Below, piece by piece: positions 11,371 through 24,930 of a DNA stretch of 64,000 nt. The notes beneath the pieces are model-generated. The model saw only the letters and a program-made list of their open reading frames with translations. It was not told where the DNA came from and did no database searches. Source of the stretch: Heptranchias perlo (taxonomy: Eukaryota); contig NC_090345.1 in assembly GCF_035084215.1 (NCBI RefSeq), positions 33,480,001 to 33,544,000 of the forward strand, in the 5' to 3' direction. How positions within the stretch are numbered: the first letter of the stretch is position 1; each line of letters starts with the position of its first letter. A program made the position numbers and the translations under genes.

Positions 11371-12439
11371 CTAGTGTTGACTCTTATATATTGGATGTTT
11401 CTAGACATGTCCTTTTGAATTTTATGGGCAGGTAGTTTGGAAAGGCCTGTTCTGATTTAAGAATTATCCACCAATTGAGTTGCAGCAAGGAAAACAGACC
11501 TTTCCAAACCTCCAGCCACACGAATTCAACCAGCCAAACCCAGGTGTTTGCAAAATATAAGCACAAATATAAAATGAGGCATTTGGACTTCATCAGCCAG
11601 ATAGCTGAGGCTTCTGGGCAGCTTATAATCTACTGTAGTTTAGACAATTAAACCTAAACAATAAAGAATACCACATGGGCATAATCGAGACAGATAAAAT
11701 GATGACAGTGCGCCGATGGTTGTACTCAAAATGTATTCAGTAAGATGTTGCTACAATATAACAAGGAGAAAAGGATATATCAGTGTGTGTCCATAGCATT
11801 AAATGGCAATAATTTGATCCTTCATTTCAACACTTTGAAAAAGCTTAATGCTGAGAACCTGTAGAGCGGTAATGTTGGTGAGCTCTCCACTTGACCCAAG
11901 TGGCCTACTGCTGTGGCTGCATGCAAAGCAGAAAAATGGTTCAACTTGCACTGGCGCTATCAACTCACTCTTTGATGAGCACCGGATAAATGCTACATCG
12001 CTACAGCTATGAATTTCCCACACAAATAGAATCCTTCATAACATAGTTGAGCAGTGCTGAAAAAAGAAGTCAACTGGATTACATAAAGGTGTGCTGCTAA
12101 TTAGAGGATTTGCTTCTTCAATTCTCAACGATTATATCAACCAATCTGATAGTTCAAGGTTTAAACTATGGTCACATTCAAATCAGTTACCTTATCTTTG
12201 CACAGCTCTGATACAAACATGAATTACAATGTACCAAACCACCTCAATTCACTCTTGTCATTTAGAATTCCTGACCGGATGAGAATATTTAAGCATTCCT
12301 ACTAAAAGAATCCTAATTCAGTTTTGAGGATATTAATTGCTTCACACACTAACAGGATTAATTCATTAGCACATTAAAGTCAATGGAAAAGACAATCAGG
12401 CTGCCGATTTGCTATCCCCTATTTTGTATTTCCGCACAA

Positions 12440-12880
12440 GACCAATTTCATCCTCTGTGTTTGCGGAGGCTGCACTTCACAAAGGAAGCCACATGCTTCA
12501 CCCTGAATTACCACCCACCTCCACCACAGGCACTGCACAGGCGCCCTGAGATTTATGCTATACGGCCATTCCAGTCTGCTACTGGGGACATCAGTAACAT
12601 GAGGAAATCCATTGTGCGCAGAGGCATAAACCAAGGCGCAGATGCATTGTTCGTTCCAGTTCATTCCTTCCCCATGGACAACTGGCAGCTGCATGATTGG
12701 GCACTGCAATCTCTATAGTGGCAGGATTCCCCAAGGTCCAAAGGGTCATAGATTGCACCCAAGTGAGTGTATGTGCTCCCTTCCTCAATCCCATCACCTA
12801 TATCAACAGAAAAGGATTTCACCTCTCAATGTGCAGTTCGTTTGTGACCAGCAGCACCATCGCATCATACAAGTAAATGT
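12440..12880 (+). pseudogene. HARBI1-like transposase remnant
   Basis: CLRRLHFTKE, FQSATGDIS, INQGADALF, VAGFPKVQRVIDCTQV, YINRKGF and LNVQFVCDQ across frames. Confidence 0.85.
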
Positions 12881-14079
12881 TCCAACTCCACTATGCTGAC
12901 TCCATATATGCTCTTCTTTTCCCAGGATTGCAAAGATTTCCTTCTTGTTGTGGATTGGGAGCGGAGGTTCGGAGGCTCCTTTTTGTATTATTTCTCACCC
13001 TGTTATTATTGGCTGCCTTCTTGAAAAAGCATGCAAAAAGTTAAAGTGGTCTTTGAGTATCATGATAACCTGGAAAACTGAGGTGTCAGCAAATGTCCCA
13101 TAATAGAGATACACCTTGCAATTAAAGTCCATGGGGCCGAATTCCTTAGGGGTCCATTGGTCTCCCTCCGTAACTCTGGCAAGAGACCTGTGGACCCCCC
13201 CAGAAAATGGCAGAGATTCACCTCACCCATTTCTGGGCATTTCAGAGTTGCCACTTAAGGACCAGAGTCTCTGCTCACTCATTAAAAGTAGAATGTTGTT
13301 GGGGTGGGGTGGGGGTGGGGGGTGGGGGGTTGGAGCCAGCGGTAAAGTCTCTCTACATTGGTAGCACCTGCATCAGTGGCTAAGTTGGGATCTGGTGTGT
13401 TGTGAAGGCTGGTGTGCTCAGTAGTAGCTATCATAATGACAGATACGAGCCCCATTTTGGGGTCCAGGTAAGGGAAAGTAAGGAGGGCTTTGGCAACTTG
13501 CCATTCCCCACCCCATGGCAGGTGTGTGCCAGAATTTCCAGCTGTGTAGGGCATGCAAGCACCAGAGATGTGCATAAAGTGGCACTTGATACTGCAAATT
13601 CTGGCGGGGTCAGTGCTGGAGGGCAGTACTTTGGCTGATAATGCAGAGGATGCCTAAGCTAAACTGGAAGGCAGCACCAAAAAAGTTCAATGCGTAGACA
13701 CCCTTGCCAGTCACTGTCAACCCTATGGTGGGCAGCTTGGCTATAGGTGTCTTTGCAGCAGTCGGCACGGTACACCAACTGGATTCTTGTGATGTAGAGC
13801 CTGTAAAACCAGTTCCCATTGGCCACCAATCGGTGTTCTGGGGGCCCAGCCAATGTTTGCTCATAGAAATCGGTGCACCCTGGCCCAATCTGCCACTCCC
13901 AACCCACTTCTCCTGAGTCCAGTGTCTAATGTTGGACATGTCCATCTCTTCCTCTTTAGACACTGGCACTGATAGGATGGGATTGCTGTTTTGGTGTACC
14001 AGAGGCAAGAACTATCACAAAAATGCCCAAAGAGGAGGAGCAAGACTTGCTCAGGGCAATAACCACAGGATTCAAATAG

Positions 14080-14830
14080 AGCAGATGGGGGAGAAGTTGA
14101 TACAACAGGAAAGGGAGATAATACATGGCAAGGGAAACAGGCAGAATGAATGGTAAAGATGAAAGAAGGGGATACAATGCATGGAGGGGGACAGAAGGCA
14201 AGACAATGGGAGGGAAGTGGGCAAGAGCAAGGGAGGGGAGTGAGCTAGGGGAAGGAAGGGGAAGGGGGAGAATGCTTGGCAAAGAAGAAATTAATGGAGC
14301 TAGGAGGGGAAATGGATGGTAGTGAAAGGAGGGGCATAGTGGATAGCAGTGAAAGAGGATGAGTGTATTGGGAGAGGGAAGAGATGACATGAAGGGAAAA
14401 GGGATGGGGAAATAGATGAAAATGAATGGGGAGGTAAATGGTCGCCATAGAGAAAGGAGAAAATGGATGGTATGAAGAGGAGAAGGAAGGAGTGGTGCAT
14501 TGGGGGAGAGGGGAGAACCGTGAGCGACGTTTGAGTGGGGGAGGAAGGAAAGTGCTAACATTAACTGAGATGGAATGGGGAGGGAGAGTGCCAGCATGAA
14601 TTGAGAGGTAGGGAAAAAGTGTCAGCTTGAACTCTAGGGGGAAGAGAAGAATACAGACTTGAATAGGGGAGAGTGGAAGAAGGGTACCAGCTTAATTGGG
14701 TTGGAGGGTGAGAAGAGTGTCAAGTTGAATTGGTGAGGGAGAGGGACAAGAGTGTCTCTGTGAAAGGGTGGGGAGATGAGTAGAGTGCAGTGTCTTTGTA
14801 AACTGGGTCCTGAGTGAGTAGAGTGAATCA
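14080..14830 (+). repeat. Purine (GA)-rich low-complexity tract ending in a degenerate ~30-35 bp tandem repeat
   Basis: Strong G/A bias; recurring gagtg(c/t)cagc(a/t)tgaat motif at 14545-14780. Confidence 0.7.
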
Positions 14831-15289
14831 GCGTGGATGCAGCAGAGTGACTGCTGGTCGGTCTACTGAAAATACAAAATGTAACATAGTTTTTCCTTTC
14901 TTTAAATTAAAAATCCATTTTAATTGTGAAGTAAAAAGTACTTAAAATGAACAAGAATGCATCATTTTTAATATATAAATTCAAGTTTTTCTGGGGGAGC
15001 TTGCACCTGGACCCCCTTAGAAATTCACCATCAATTTTGTGCCTTCATAATTTGGATTTTTCCATCAGGCTTTCATGTACTTATGTTTTTTTTCCCCTCC
15101 AATATAAGTAAAGAAATATTCTGTTATCTACAGCTTAAAGTACAAAGCCCATGTAACTACTTGTTTTCCCATGTCAGGGACATTCTTGAGTTGTCAGCTT
15201 TTTTTTGACGCTGTTGTAGGTTGCCAGTTTTGCCAGTTTTGTAGGTTGGCCTGTGTGATTGAGATAAGCCGACATTATTACACAGAATT

Positions 15290-15450
15290 ACATAGAATGT
15301 ACAGCACAGAAACAGGCCATGTGTCTCAACTGGTCCATGCTGGTGTTTATGCTCCACACGAGCCTCCTCCCACCCCTCTTCATCTCATCCTATCAGCATA
15401 GCCTTCTATTCCTTTTTCCTTATGTGTTTATCTCGATTCCCCTTAAATGT
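15290..15450 (-). mobile_element. CR1 3' tail fragment
   Basis: acagcacagaaacaggccat...tttatgctccacacgagcctcctccc...cctatcagca; same tail as at 5050 and 21285. Confidence 0.75.
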
Positions 15451-16576
15451 ATTATATCCTCCCGGTGGTTGGAAATTTACCCCTCATATGCTATGTTTTT
15501 ATAAGGAGCGGAAACATTGCAGAAAAATTCCAGGGATATCTGCCGTACCACTTTAGGCTTCTGTCCTCAAGGAGAAACTTGTATGACCACATAAGCAAGA
15601 ACAGCTGAACAAGACTCTCGTTTCGGTGTGCAAGAAGATGCAAGAAAGGAGTCGCACATTCTACCTATTAGTTTGATACTGCAGTGCAGCAAGGACTGTC
15701 TGCTTTGTGCACTGCCATTAATAAAATTATACCACCAATGGCCTCAGAAAGGCAGGGTAATCACAATAGTAGTACTTTCAGGCTTGTCCTTATGATGGAA
15801 GTCTGGCATTGATGTCCAAACTCCATGAGATGATAACTGCTAGCTTCAGCACACTTGGAGACAGAATACAAGTAATTCACGGACTTCACTGAATTACATC
15901 AGCGTCTGCTTGGTTAGGGCAGTGGCAAACTGAAGAATTGGCCTCCATCAGGAGCATATACGATGAATCACAGGGACAAGCCGATTAATCTGAAGCCTCT
16001 GCCAGTCCCAATGTCAGCACCTATCTCTATGCAAGTGACGGGAGAAGATGAAGCAAGTAAACAGGTTCCCACAGCTGGAATAAGACAGTCTGATCCTGGC
16101 TCATAGACAGGGCTGTCTGCATCCACATTATGTCAAGGTAGGTCGGCAGCAGAACTGTAAGGATGTCTTCAAGGATTTTGCTACAATTAAGAATCACCCT
16201 TACTCAACAGCAAATGAAGTTGGAGCATGGGAAATGTAGGTAACATATGTTTATATGCCTCCTTTTGCAAAATAAAATCAGAAGGCTCCAATGGAAAAAA
16301 ATTGTTGATGATATCCTGCCTCAATGGTTACTTTCCACCAATGCCTGCTCCTCTACGATAGGGTCAGTTTCTTCCTATTCCTCTTTCTGGGGCCCATCCT
16401 GCTGCTGCTGTTCCTTATCTCCACCAAGTATCTGTATACCTTTCTCAGCTGCAATGATGTTCAGCATCTAGCAAACCAGCTACGATTCTACAAAGTGTTC
16501 TGACTCCTACTGCAAGGCACATGCTGAACAGTCTGAATATCAGAGTTGCTTTAATAGTCCAAATATGCATTCTATT

Positions 16577-17320
16577 AGCCTATATTTTTCTGTCAAAATA
16601 ACAGCTCGCCGTTATTAATGTGTAAATCGTCCAGCAACTTGTGGTAAGTTATAGATACCCCGTGAATTGCAAATCGCCACAAGTTGCTGGACGATTTGCG
16701 CTGCTCCACCGTCAACCTCGCGAAAACGGCAGCTCGTCCTCAACCTCTCCGTAAGTTTCAAGAAATTGCTGCATTTGCGCATTAATTGCCAATTAAACTT
16801 TGCAGAAAGTTAGGGCTGGTACTTAACAGTGTAAGTACTTTTTTAATGACGAGATTTATGTTCTTGTAATGCCACTCAACCTCTCCGGCCCAGAATGGGA
16901 AAATATGGAGTCTCATTCCTACAGGTAGTAAATTGTTCTTAGAGATTTTTAAAATTTAAAATTTAATTATTTTTTCTTGCTTTTCCTTTCTATCTCTTTA
17001 CTCTCTCTCTCTTAATCCAATCTTTCTTTCCCTCTCTTTATTTCTCTTTCTGTACCTGATTTGATTCTAATTCACCCTATTTTCTTCTCCGTTGTTCCTC
17101 TGTTTCTTTCTCAATCCTTAAATCTCATTGGTTAAGGAGATAGACTGTTGGTCCTGTTGTTCATCAAGATCCCAGATGCCCCGTTGCCCTCACTATGCCG
17201 TTATCAGTTCACACTTCCAGAACCTCGCAGGGCAAAACATTTTCGAGTTGAAAGGGTGAGGGAAAAAGTCTAACTAATGGGAGAATTCACGAAATGCCCC
17301 ACTCCAGCAAAACCTGGGCT
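16577..17320. mobile_element. Non-autonomous TIR DNA element with an internal hairpin
   Basis: Ends AGCCTATATTTTTCTG and reverse complement AGCCCAGGTTTTGCTG; ATT on both flanks; perfect 21-bp inverted repeat at 16624-16644/16677-16697. Confidence 0.6.
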
Positions 17321-17799
17321 ATTAAGTTTCTTCTGTACAATGTGCCTTATTATAGGCACTTCTGAGGAGCATGGGGATCGGCAAAGGTGCCAGCAACAAT
17401 GTTTTGAGCAAGTAACCCATGTCTCCTGGGAACCTACTGTGCAGCCTGTTTTCCCTCTGAAAGATTTGTGGAACCGTTGATGTGTGTTGTGAACGCTGTC
17501 TGGAAAATTGATCTTAACTGGGTTAATGCCTCTTAAAATAGAACAAAGGAATCTGATATGTTTGGTGCACTGATATCACACAAAGAGGCTGATTGTAACA
17601 TTTGAGTGCAAAATGAACGGTTGGCGGGTGGAGTGAGCCTGCCTCCTGCCCATTGTTGCTGCCAAGAGGCCCGAGCCATTCTGAGCCATTTACACATGTG
17701 ATGACATAAAAATATTAAACATCTCCTTCTGCATGAGCCACGATAAATGTGAAATTCCTTTAACTGGAAAAAAATACTTAAAGCACAGTTCTATACAAG

Positions 17800-18260
17800 C
17801 ATCGGCTGTGACTCAGTGGTAGCACTCTCGCCTCTCAGTTAAAAGGTTGTGGGTTCAAGTCCCACTCTAGAGACTTGAGCACAAAACCTAGGCTGACACT
17901 CCAGTGTAGTACTGAGGGGGTACTGTACTGTCGGAGGTGCTCTCTTTCAGATGACATGTTAAACCGTGGCCCTTTCAGGTGAACGTAACAGATCCCATGA
18001 CACTATTTCAAAGAAGAGCAGGGGTGTTCTCCCTGGTGTCCTGGCCAATATTTATCTCTCAACTAACATCGCTAAAAAAAGCAGATTATTTGGTCATTAT
18101 TACATTGCTTTTTGTGGGACCTTGCTGTGCGCAAATTGGCTGCCGCGTTGCCTACATTACAACAGTGACTATGCTTCAAAAGCACTTAATTGGCTGTGAA
18201 GCGCCTCGGGGTGTCCTGAGGTCATGAAAGGCACTATATAAATGCAGGTCTTCCTTCTTT
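17800..18260 (+). mobile_element. Full-length tRNA-derived SINE, SacSINE1/DeuSINE-like
   Basis: A box TGACTCAGTGG and B box GGTTCAAGTCC; Deu-type core (agatcccatgacactattt..gaagagcaggg..gtcctggccaatatt..gtgggaccttgctgtgcgcaaattggctgcc); L2-like tail ctatataaatgcaggtcttccttcttt. The family name is from recall. Confidence 0.8.
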
Positions 18261-19708
18261 CATTTCATCCTATCTGTAGCAGACAGAACAGCTACTGCAA
18301 TGCAGACTTTCCCCAAGAGGCCAGTATGGCACAGTTTCAGTATGGAATGTTCTTAGCTGACAAACTCTCTGACCCAGATGACAACATCCCTCTCAACATT
18401 TCTGCTTTTCACCCTTTCTCACATGTCACTAACTGATATGTGAGAGGCAACAAAAGGTGATAGGCCTGTTACATCGAAATCTCAGGGGAGGATAAAGCAA
18501 CAAGCCTGTCATCAGATGTTCTCACAAAACTTACTCTACGCCCATTTGTGTACTCTTTAAAGATTAAAGCAGTAACATCTTTTTACCAGAAATAAAAATG
18601 TAGTACGTTTACAATTTTTCAGTTTATTCATAGAATTTCTGTAATAGTGAACACTTACATTTCTCTATTTGTAATTTTATTATAATTTATAACATAAAAA
18701 TTAGACATAGAGTCCATAGGGTAGAAATGAGTGGATAATATTAGCAAACAAATGCTTAACACATTCATATGACAGTCCAATATTTTAATAAAGCTGTTAA
18801 CCATTTTATTTTAATGCCTCAGTTAAAAAAGTGGACAGAGGGATACCAGATAACTGGGTTAAACAACTTTCACTAATATCTTCATCAATAATTTCTAGCT
18901 TCATAAATGCAATTTTCAAAGCAGAGAAAATGTAAACTTTTAAAAACTCTCTTATATTTCCCAGGCTTGCAGCATCAGTTGTCTTTCCTCCTGCACTTCC
19001 AGAAACAGGCCCCTGCCAGAGGATGGGCCTGCGCCTGAGGGAATGTCAGTCGTCTGGTGATGAATCCAGAAATACAGATGGGCTCAGGTCAGAGCAGGTG
19101 GAAACCATTTTGAGTGTGCTCCTCCTGACTTGCACCCAGAATGGGGGGGGGGAGGGGGTGATGATCACCTTTTCTATGATCCATAGTTTTTTTAAAATCT
19201 TTAATAGGAATTTTTTAAATAGGAAAACTATAGGTTATTACGATGAGGTGCAAGATGGAAAGACAATTTTAGTGAAACTCCAGAGATTCAATGCTTTTAC
19301 GTTTTGAGTGAACTCAATGCAACAAATGGCATTCACATCTAATCCAGGATACATGATTCAATGGCTTCTCTTGTTACGATTTTATCTCAATAAAAGATGA
19401 AACATAAAATACAAATAACCATCACAACTATGGTAGACAGTCTACTCAAATCAAAAGTTGCTTAATTCAAATAATCCAATAATTCAAGTTTCCTTAGTAT
19501 TAAATTTCCACTTTGTTGTATTATTTATATTGTTTAATTAAAATGAATGGGTAATTGATTTCTTTATATAAAAAGCACTGAATTGTCAGGAGTAGACTGG
19601 AATGCATAAGCTTCCAGGTTGTTAATTAAAATTGAATGTTTTCCATGTATGTTAAGGGTTGTGTGGCACATTGAACTACAAGCCCAAAATATTACATCAA
19701 GTTACATC

Positions 19709-21274
19709 GGGGGAAAAACTGGATAAGGGCCGCTGCGCAGGCAGGACGCGAGATTCGGCCGGCCTGAGTACTAACCTGCAATCAGTGTTCCATTCCAGGC
19801 CTTGCACATGGAATCAATGCAATTCGCACTTTCCACCAGCGGGGAGAGCCCAAACTCTTAAAGGGAGGATGTTGCTTAGAAATCTCTTAAAGGTAGCCGG
19901 TACCTGTTATTTGCTGAAAATAAAAGTCTACTGTCTGCACGGAGTCTGAATGGAGATCAGACATCGCACACGTAAAACACAGATGCAGGTCCCATCCCTA
20001 TGTTTACACACTGATGAGTTATGTTAAAACATTGAATAAAGGTTGCGCACTACTAAATCCCACATCCTCCAATCTGCACGCCAGACTTCACCAATCTGCC
20101 GATCTGAGTTGGTCCCAGGCCTGCGAGAGTGCGTACACCAAGGTTCTCTGCTGATGCACTAGAGATCTTGGTGCAAGAGGTGGGCAGAAGGAGGGACATC
20201 CTATATCCGCCGCGGGGGGGAGGGGGGGCAAGAGGCCCTCCTAGATATATAGACATATATCCAAAAGGCAGTGGGAGGCAGCGGGGGAAAAAGTCAAGAC
20301 CAGGCGCTCAGCATCATGAACATGGATGCAGTGCAGGAAGAAGTTCAATGCTTTGACATGAGTGGTCAAGGTGGGTGAGGTCAACTGTCAAGTGACGTCT
20401 TCTACCAACTGCACCACGCACTACACCCCCCATCACCCACACACCAACAAACTCTTTCCATCAGCACTCAACTCTTCCAATCAGATGCTTCCTCTCACCC
20501 TCACACATTACCACTGTTGCAAGTTGCGCACCCACAACTCACAGGCCACACACACTGGCAGCTATTCAACCATGACAGGCACATCACCCAGACAAACATC
20601 CCGCTTTCTTGCAGGAGAAGGTGGCGCATATCAAGAGGCAGCAAGCAGCAGTGGCATTTAGCCCCTCGAGCCTGTTCCGCCATTCGATGAGATCATGCTG
20701 GACCTGTGACCTAACTCCATATTCCCGCCTTAGCCCCATATCCCTTAATACCCTTGGTTCACAGAAATCTATCAATCTCAGATTTAGAATTCATAATTGA
20801 GCTAGCATTAACTGCCGTTTGCAGAAGAGCATTCCAAACTTCTTCCACCCTTTGCGTGTAGAAGCATTTCCTAACTTCACTGCTGCACGTCCTGGCTCTA
20901 AATGTTAGGCTATGTCCCCGCGTCCTAGTATTCAAGTCTAGGAGACCTCCAAAAACAGTTACAAATGTCTCAGCAGCCAGAAGCAATAATCCAGCCACTA
21001 ATCTGTAAATCCTGCATGGTCCCTTTAAATAGCACCGGTGGGGGTCCTCCAGGCACTCTAAGACACGTTCAGGTGGCCGTGGTTAAGACTGTGCGTTGAG
21101 TTGAGCATTAAGTCCCAAAATGGTGTCTATCACTTTAAATCAGCATTGCACACTGATTGTAGCCATTTTCTCCCTACTTTACATGATTCCAGCATTCCTT
21201 ATCTGCGCCTGCGCTAACTCCTATACCAAGATAGCGCCGAAACAACATGCACTACACGGCCCAATTTAGCGCCC
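19709..21274 (+). mobile_element. Non-autonomous Harbinger-type element carrying a Myb/SANT-like gene remnant and a captured CR1 tail (copy 1)
   Basis: TIR GGGGGAAAAACTGG with reverse complement GGGCGCTAAATTGG; flanks ATC/ATT; collinear with 48572-50389. Confidence 0.85.
20120..20655 (+). pseudogene. Two-exon Myb/SANT-like DNA-binding protein remnant (Harbinger second ORF)
   Basis: RTPRFSADALEILVQEVGRRRDILYP...QWE...TWMQCRKKFNALT; donor AAG|GTGGGT at 20371; acceptor ttcttgcag|GAG at 20615, continuing EKVAHIKRQQ. Stops and a frameshift are present. Confidence 0.8.
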
Positions 21275-21284
21275 ATTGAGTCTA

Positions 21285-21465
21285 AAGCACAGAAACAGGC
21301 CATTCAGCCCAATTGGTCTATACCGGTGTTTATGCTGCACACGAGCGTCCTTCCTCCCTACTTCATCTAACCCTATCAGCATACCCCTCTATCCGTTTCT
21401 CCCTTGTGTTTAAAGCTTCCCTTCAAATGCATTTATGCTATATGCCTCAACTACTCCGTGTGGTA
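21285..21465 (-). mobile_element. CR1 3' tail fragment
   Basis: Same tail sequence as 15290 and 5050/6345. Confidence 0.75.
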
Positions 21466-22854
21466 TTGTAATTCAGATTTTAAAAAAACACGCTAACTGA
21501 GGCTCACAGAATAATCCAGGCACAGCTCGAAATATGAACAAGTAAACATTGTTCAAATTTTAAAGAATAAAACAAATCACTTGTATGCCTTTCTTGTTAA
21601 TTTATGTAGAGAATGTGAAAATGGTTCAAAAATAACAGCCAGCAACCACCCTCCAGTTCTCAAATCCCTAGCTCTTGGCAGTAGCCTCAATTGTAATTGC
21701 TGCAATAAATTGAAGTTGGCATTGGGACACAATATTACATCCTTGGGAGTCACATAATGAAAATACTAATGCAACACTGTTCCCAAATGTGTTATTTTAT
21801 CTACTGTTACCAGATGTTCTTTCCTGAAGTATGAATAGTGAGGGTCGATTTTCCTCTGGTTTGTGCCCAGTAAAGGCTTATTTCCCTGGTGCTCCCTTTA
21901 CATTGCCCACATACTTTTGGAGTTTTGATGCAAATAAGGCAGGAGTACAATCACCATACTTTCTACCTCATGTCTGAAACCTGAACTCATTTTACTTCTG
22001 TTAGTATGTCTCAAATGTATGACATTGATCTTTAAATGATGATGATGGTTGAGAACAGGATTGACATTTAGAGGGATAGGTATAGACCAGGATAGTCAAA
22101 TACTTCACAGGACACAATGGTTGCTGTGTTATGGCGTCTGGGTGCGCCATCTGTGGATAAGAACAAAGGTTAGAGCAACGGTGAGGTTAAAAAAGGCACA
22201 TCTCAATATAAGGGGATAATAGAAAAGAAAACTATGAGAAACACAAAAAGTCTTGAAAAAAAGCAAAAGGAAAGATTAGGAAAAATCTGAAAGAAGACAA
22301 GCAGTCAAAATAAAATGAAACAGCAAGGGCTTTTATTAGAACTGGTGGTACCACTTAGAGACAAATTGAGTCATTTTGTGCTCGACAGGGAGGAATGATG
22401 GAGATACTCAATATGTGTTTCACATCAGCCAGCCCATGGTTGACTAGTTGAGAAGGCTGAAGCTTCCAAAGTTTGCTTAAATATCAGGGAGCGCTTATAG
22501 AGAGTTTTCTGGGGACATGTCAATGATTCTTCAGCAACAAAGATTAACCGGGTGAACTATTCCAAGAAGGTGGCCTTTAACAGTACTTGTGCCATCTAAT
22601 GCTGCCTCTTTTATACAGATGTTAAATTTTTGAGGCAGGTCACCAGTGGGAGTGGGGAGAATTATGTATCACTACATAATTCAAATCTAATGTGTATGCG
22701 GTGGGCAAGATTACCCACCATACTTCTCCAATACGGGCGGAGGAAATGAGAGCGGGATATTTTACTAGCTGGGAATCTGTGCTGTCCTCCTGTTCCATGT
22801 CCTCCAGAGTTGACCACAAAATGGGCAGTAAACTGGAGGAACATCTGTGACTTG

Positions 22855-23034
22855 GGGGGCAAATTTCCACAGGAGTTCTCCCGCTCGTCTGTCGTAACTT
22901 CAGGGCAAGAATCGAGGAATACCCCAGAAAAATTATGTAAATAGTGTCCATGCCATTTTCCTGGGATTTCTGCAGCTCTTCTGCTGAGGTCATGGTGAAC
23001 AAGTGGGGCAACCCCCTCACGGAATATTACCCCT
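22855..23034. mobile_element. Palindromic MITE-like element
   Basis: Imperfect arms of ~80 bp: ggggcaaatttccacaggagttctccc...ccccagaaaaat versus reverse complement ggggtaatattccgtgagggggttgcccc...tcccaggaaaat. Related degenerate copies lie at ~13133-13250 and ~23669-23860. Confidence 0.6.
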
Positions 23035-24689
23035 TATGTGTCCCAATTTTCAAAAGATTTTTGAAAAAGTATCTCAAAAGAACAAGAAATAAATATGGGG
23101 GCTGCAGGTTTAGAATGGAAGTAGCAAATTAGATTGAATATTGGTTCAGCAGTAGGAAACAAATTGCTGACAAATGGATGTTATATACTTGGAATTTCTG
23201 AAAGCTTTTTACAAGGTTTCACATTGATGATTGATAGCTAGAGATAACAAGTCACGGAACTGGAGGTAAATTGTTATTCTGGGTAGAAAATTGGATTGAA
23301 AACAAAGAAGAAAAACCAGAGTGTAGCCACAAGTGGAAACTTTTCAGATGTTGCATGCAGGGTGCCTCAGGGTGCATCGTGAGACCCTTGCTATTTGTGA
23401 ATCTTCCGTGGCATTGCTCACAATTTAGCAAGTACACTTTTATATTACAACAGGAACATGATACCATGTAAAGCCAATGTGTGCGTAAATATAGAATATA
23501 TATAAAATACAGGATATAGGGAAAATTCAGCACTCCTGCACTCTCAATAGGATGAATTGGACAGAGAGTTAGGGTTGCAGTGTTGTAGCCCTGTCTCTGA
23601 CCTGTGCTCCAGCTGGGAATGTGAGACCGATGACTATCGCTGTATACCTATAAATTATTAAAGATCTTGGCCCTGAAAGTCCACGGTGTTTCTTCCAGTG
23701 AGTTCTTTTGGGAACTCCAGAGCGAACCAACGCAAACCCCAGGGGAACAGTATAAACGACTGTAAATAACCATTTATGCAGTTTCTCTGGGTTCCAACAA
23801 TCTCCTGTCAGAGTTATGGCGAGAGATTGGGAGGAGTCCTGGGGTATTTCAGGATCCCTAGTAAAGTTGTTACACTATAAATACGCCCTCCTGCCAATGC
23901 TGGTGCTGTAGCTCTTCAATTATGCATCTCTCAACTTCCAACACCTATGATCCACACAGCTCTACTTCCCTGCCCGACTCTTGTAGCCATGGTGTTGATA
24001 TGGTGTTGGAGCACTCCTGCTCCTCCGGGCCAACAAGGAAACCGTCAAAAAATGGTGGGTCGAGCATTAGGCATCGCTGCCGTGATGGGCAATTAAGATT
24101 GTCTCGGGGTCCGATTGATGTTTAAATATTGATGAGGCCCTCACTGGCCTGTGGTGGGTGGCCCTGATGCTGCTGGAAACCCGGCAGTTAAAATGGCGGC
24201 AAGCGCGAATGCCTCAGGTACACAGCGGGTAGCGTCCCACCTCTATTTTAACCGCCCGCCCGACCCGTTCCCCCTGGGAAGGGGAGGGGTTAAAATTCCC
24301 TCCGCTACCTCTAACCAATTGATGAAAACATACAGCCTTATTTGTGAATCGTGCCCTTGAGGTGCTGAGGCCCTCGCCTGCCTGCGGTGGGCGGATCTGA
24401 TGTTGCTGGAATCCTGGCAGTTAAAATGGCAGGAGGCGCAAATGACATCAATATCATCAATCAGACCCCGAAGCAATCTGCTACCCAGCAAATTGCCAAA
24501 GCAGTTACCTGTCCCACGTATGAATGCCGCTGAGTGTGTCATCAGACCCTCATACTCATGTCCCTCTCACCCCTCCAAAGCATGAAGCGAGCCATATCTT
24601 TAACACTGTCATCCAGCAGCATAGCATACATATAAGATGCAAGTTTGAAAGTGTTGTCACACTGAAATCTTAACTGCTTCACACAGCAA

Positions 24690-24930
24690 ATCCTGCCAAC
24701 ACAGATTAGCTGAATGATGCTTATTCAGTTACTGAGCAGAATGGGCTGCAAGATGGCCACACCGATGCCATCAATGATCCTCTTCACTTTGAGAAATGCA
24801 GCACTGCAGTAAATTTAGGCAGCCATGACATGCTGCTGTTTGTATTGAGTTTGAAAGCAGATGAAAATGCTGACCTTGTGAACACTGCATCAGTTACTTG
24901 TTCGATACATCTATGGGCATCACACACTTT
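24690..24930 (-). pseudogene. HARBI1-like transposase remnant, highly decayed
   Basis: AHRCIEQVTDAVFTR and AAFLKVKRIIDGIGVAI on the minus strand. Confidence 0.65.

Noticed and set aside
13956-14597. 213-aa Pro/Leu/Ser-rich ORF
   Set aside because: It is a translation of the pyrimidine strand of a GA-rich low-complexity tract, which is naturally poor in stop codons.
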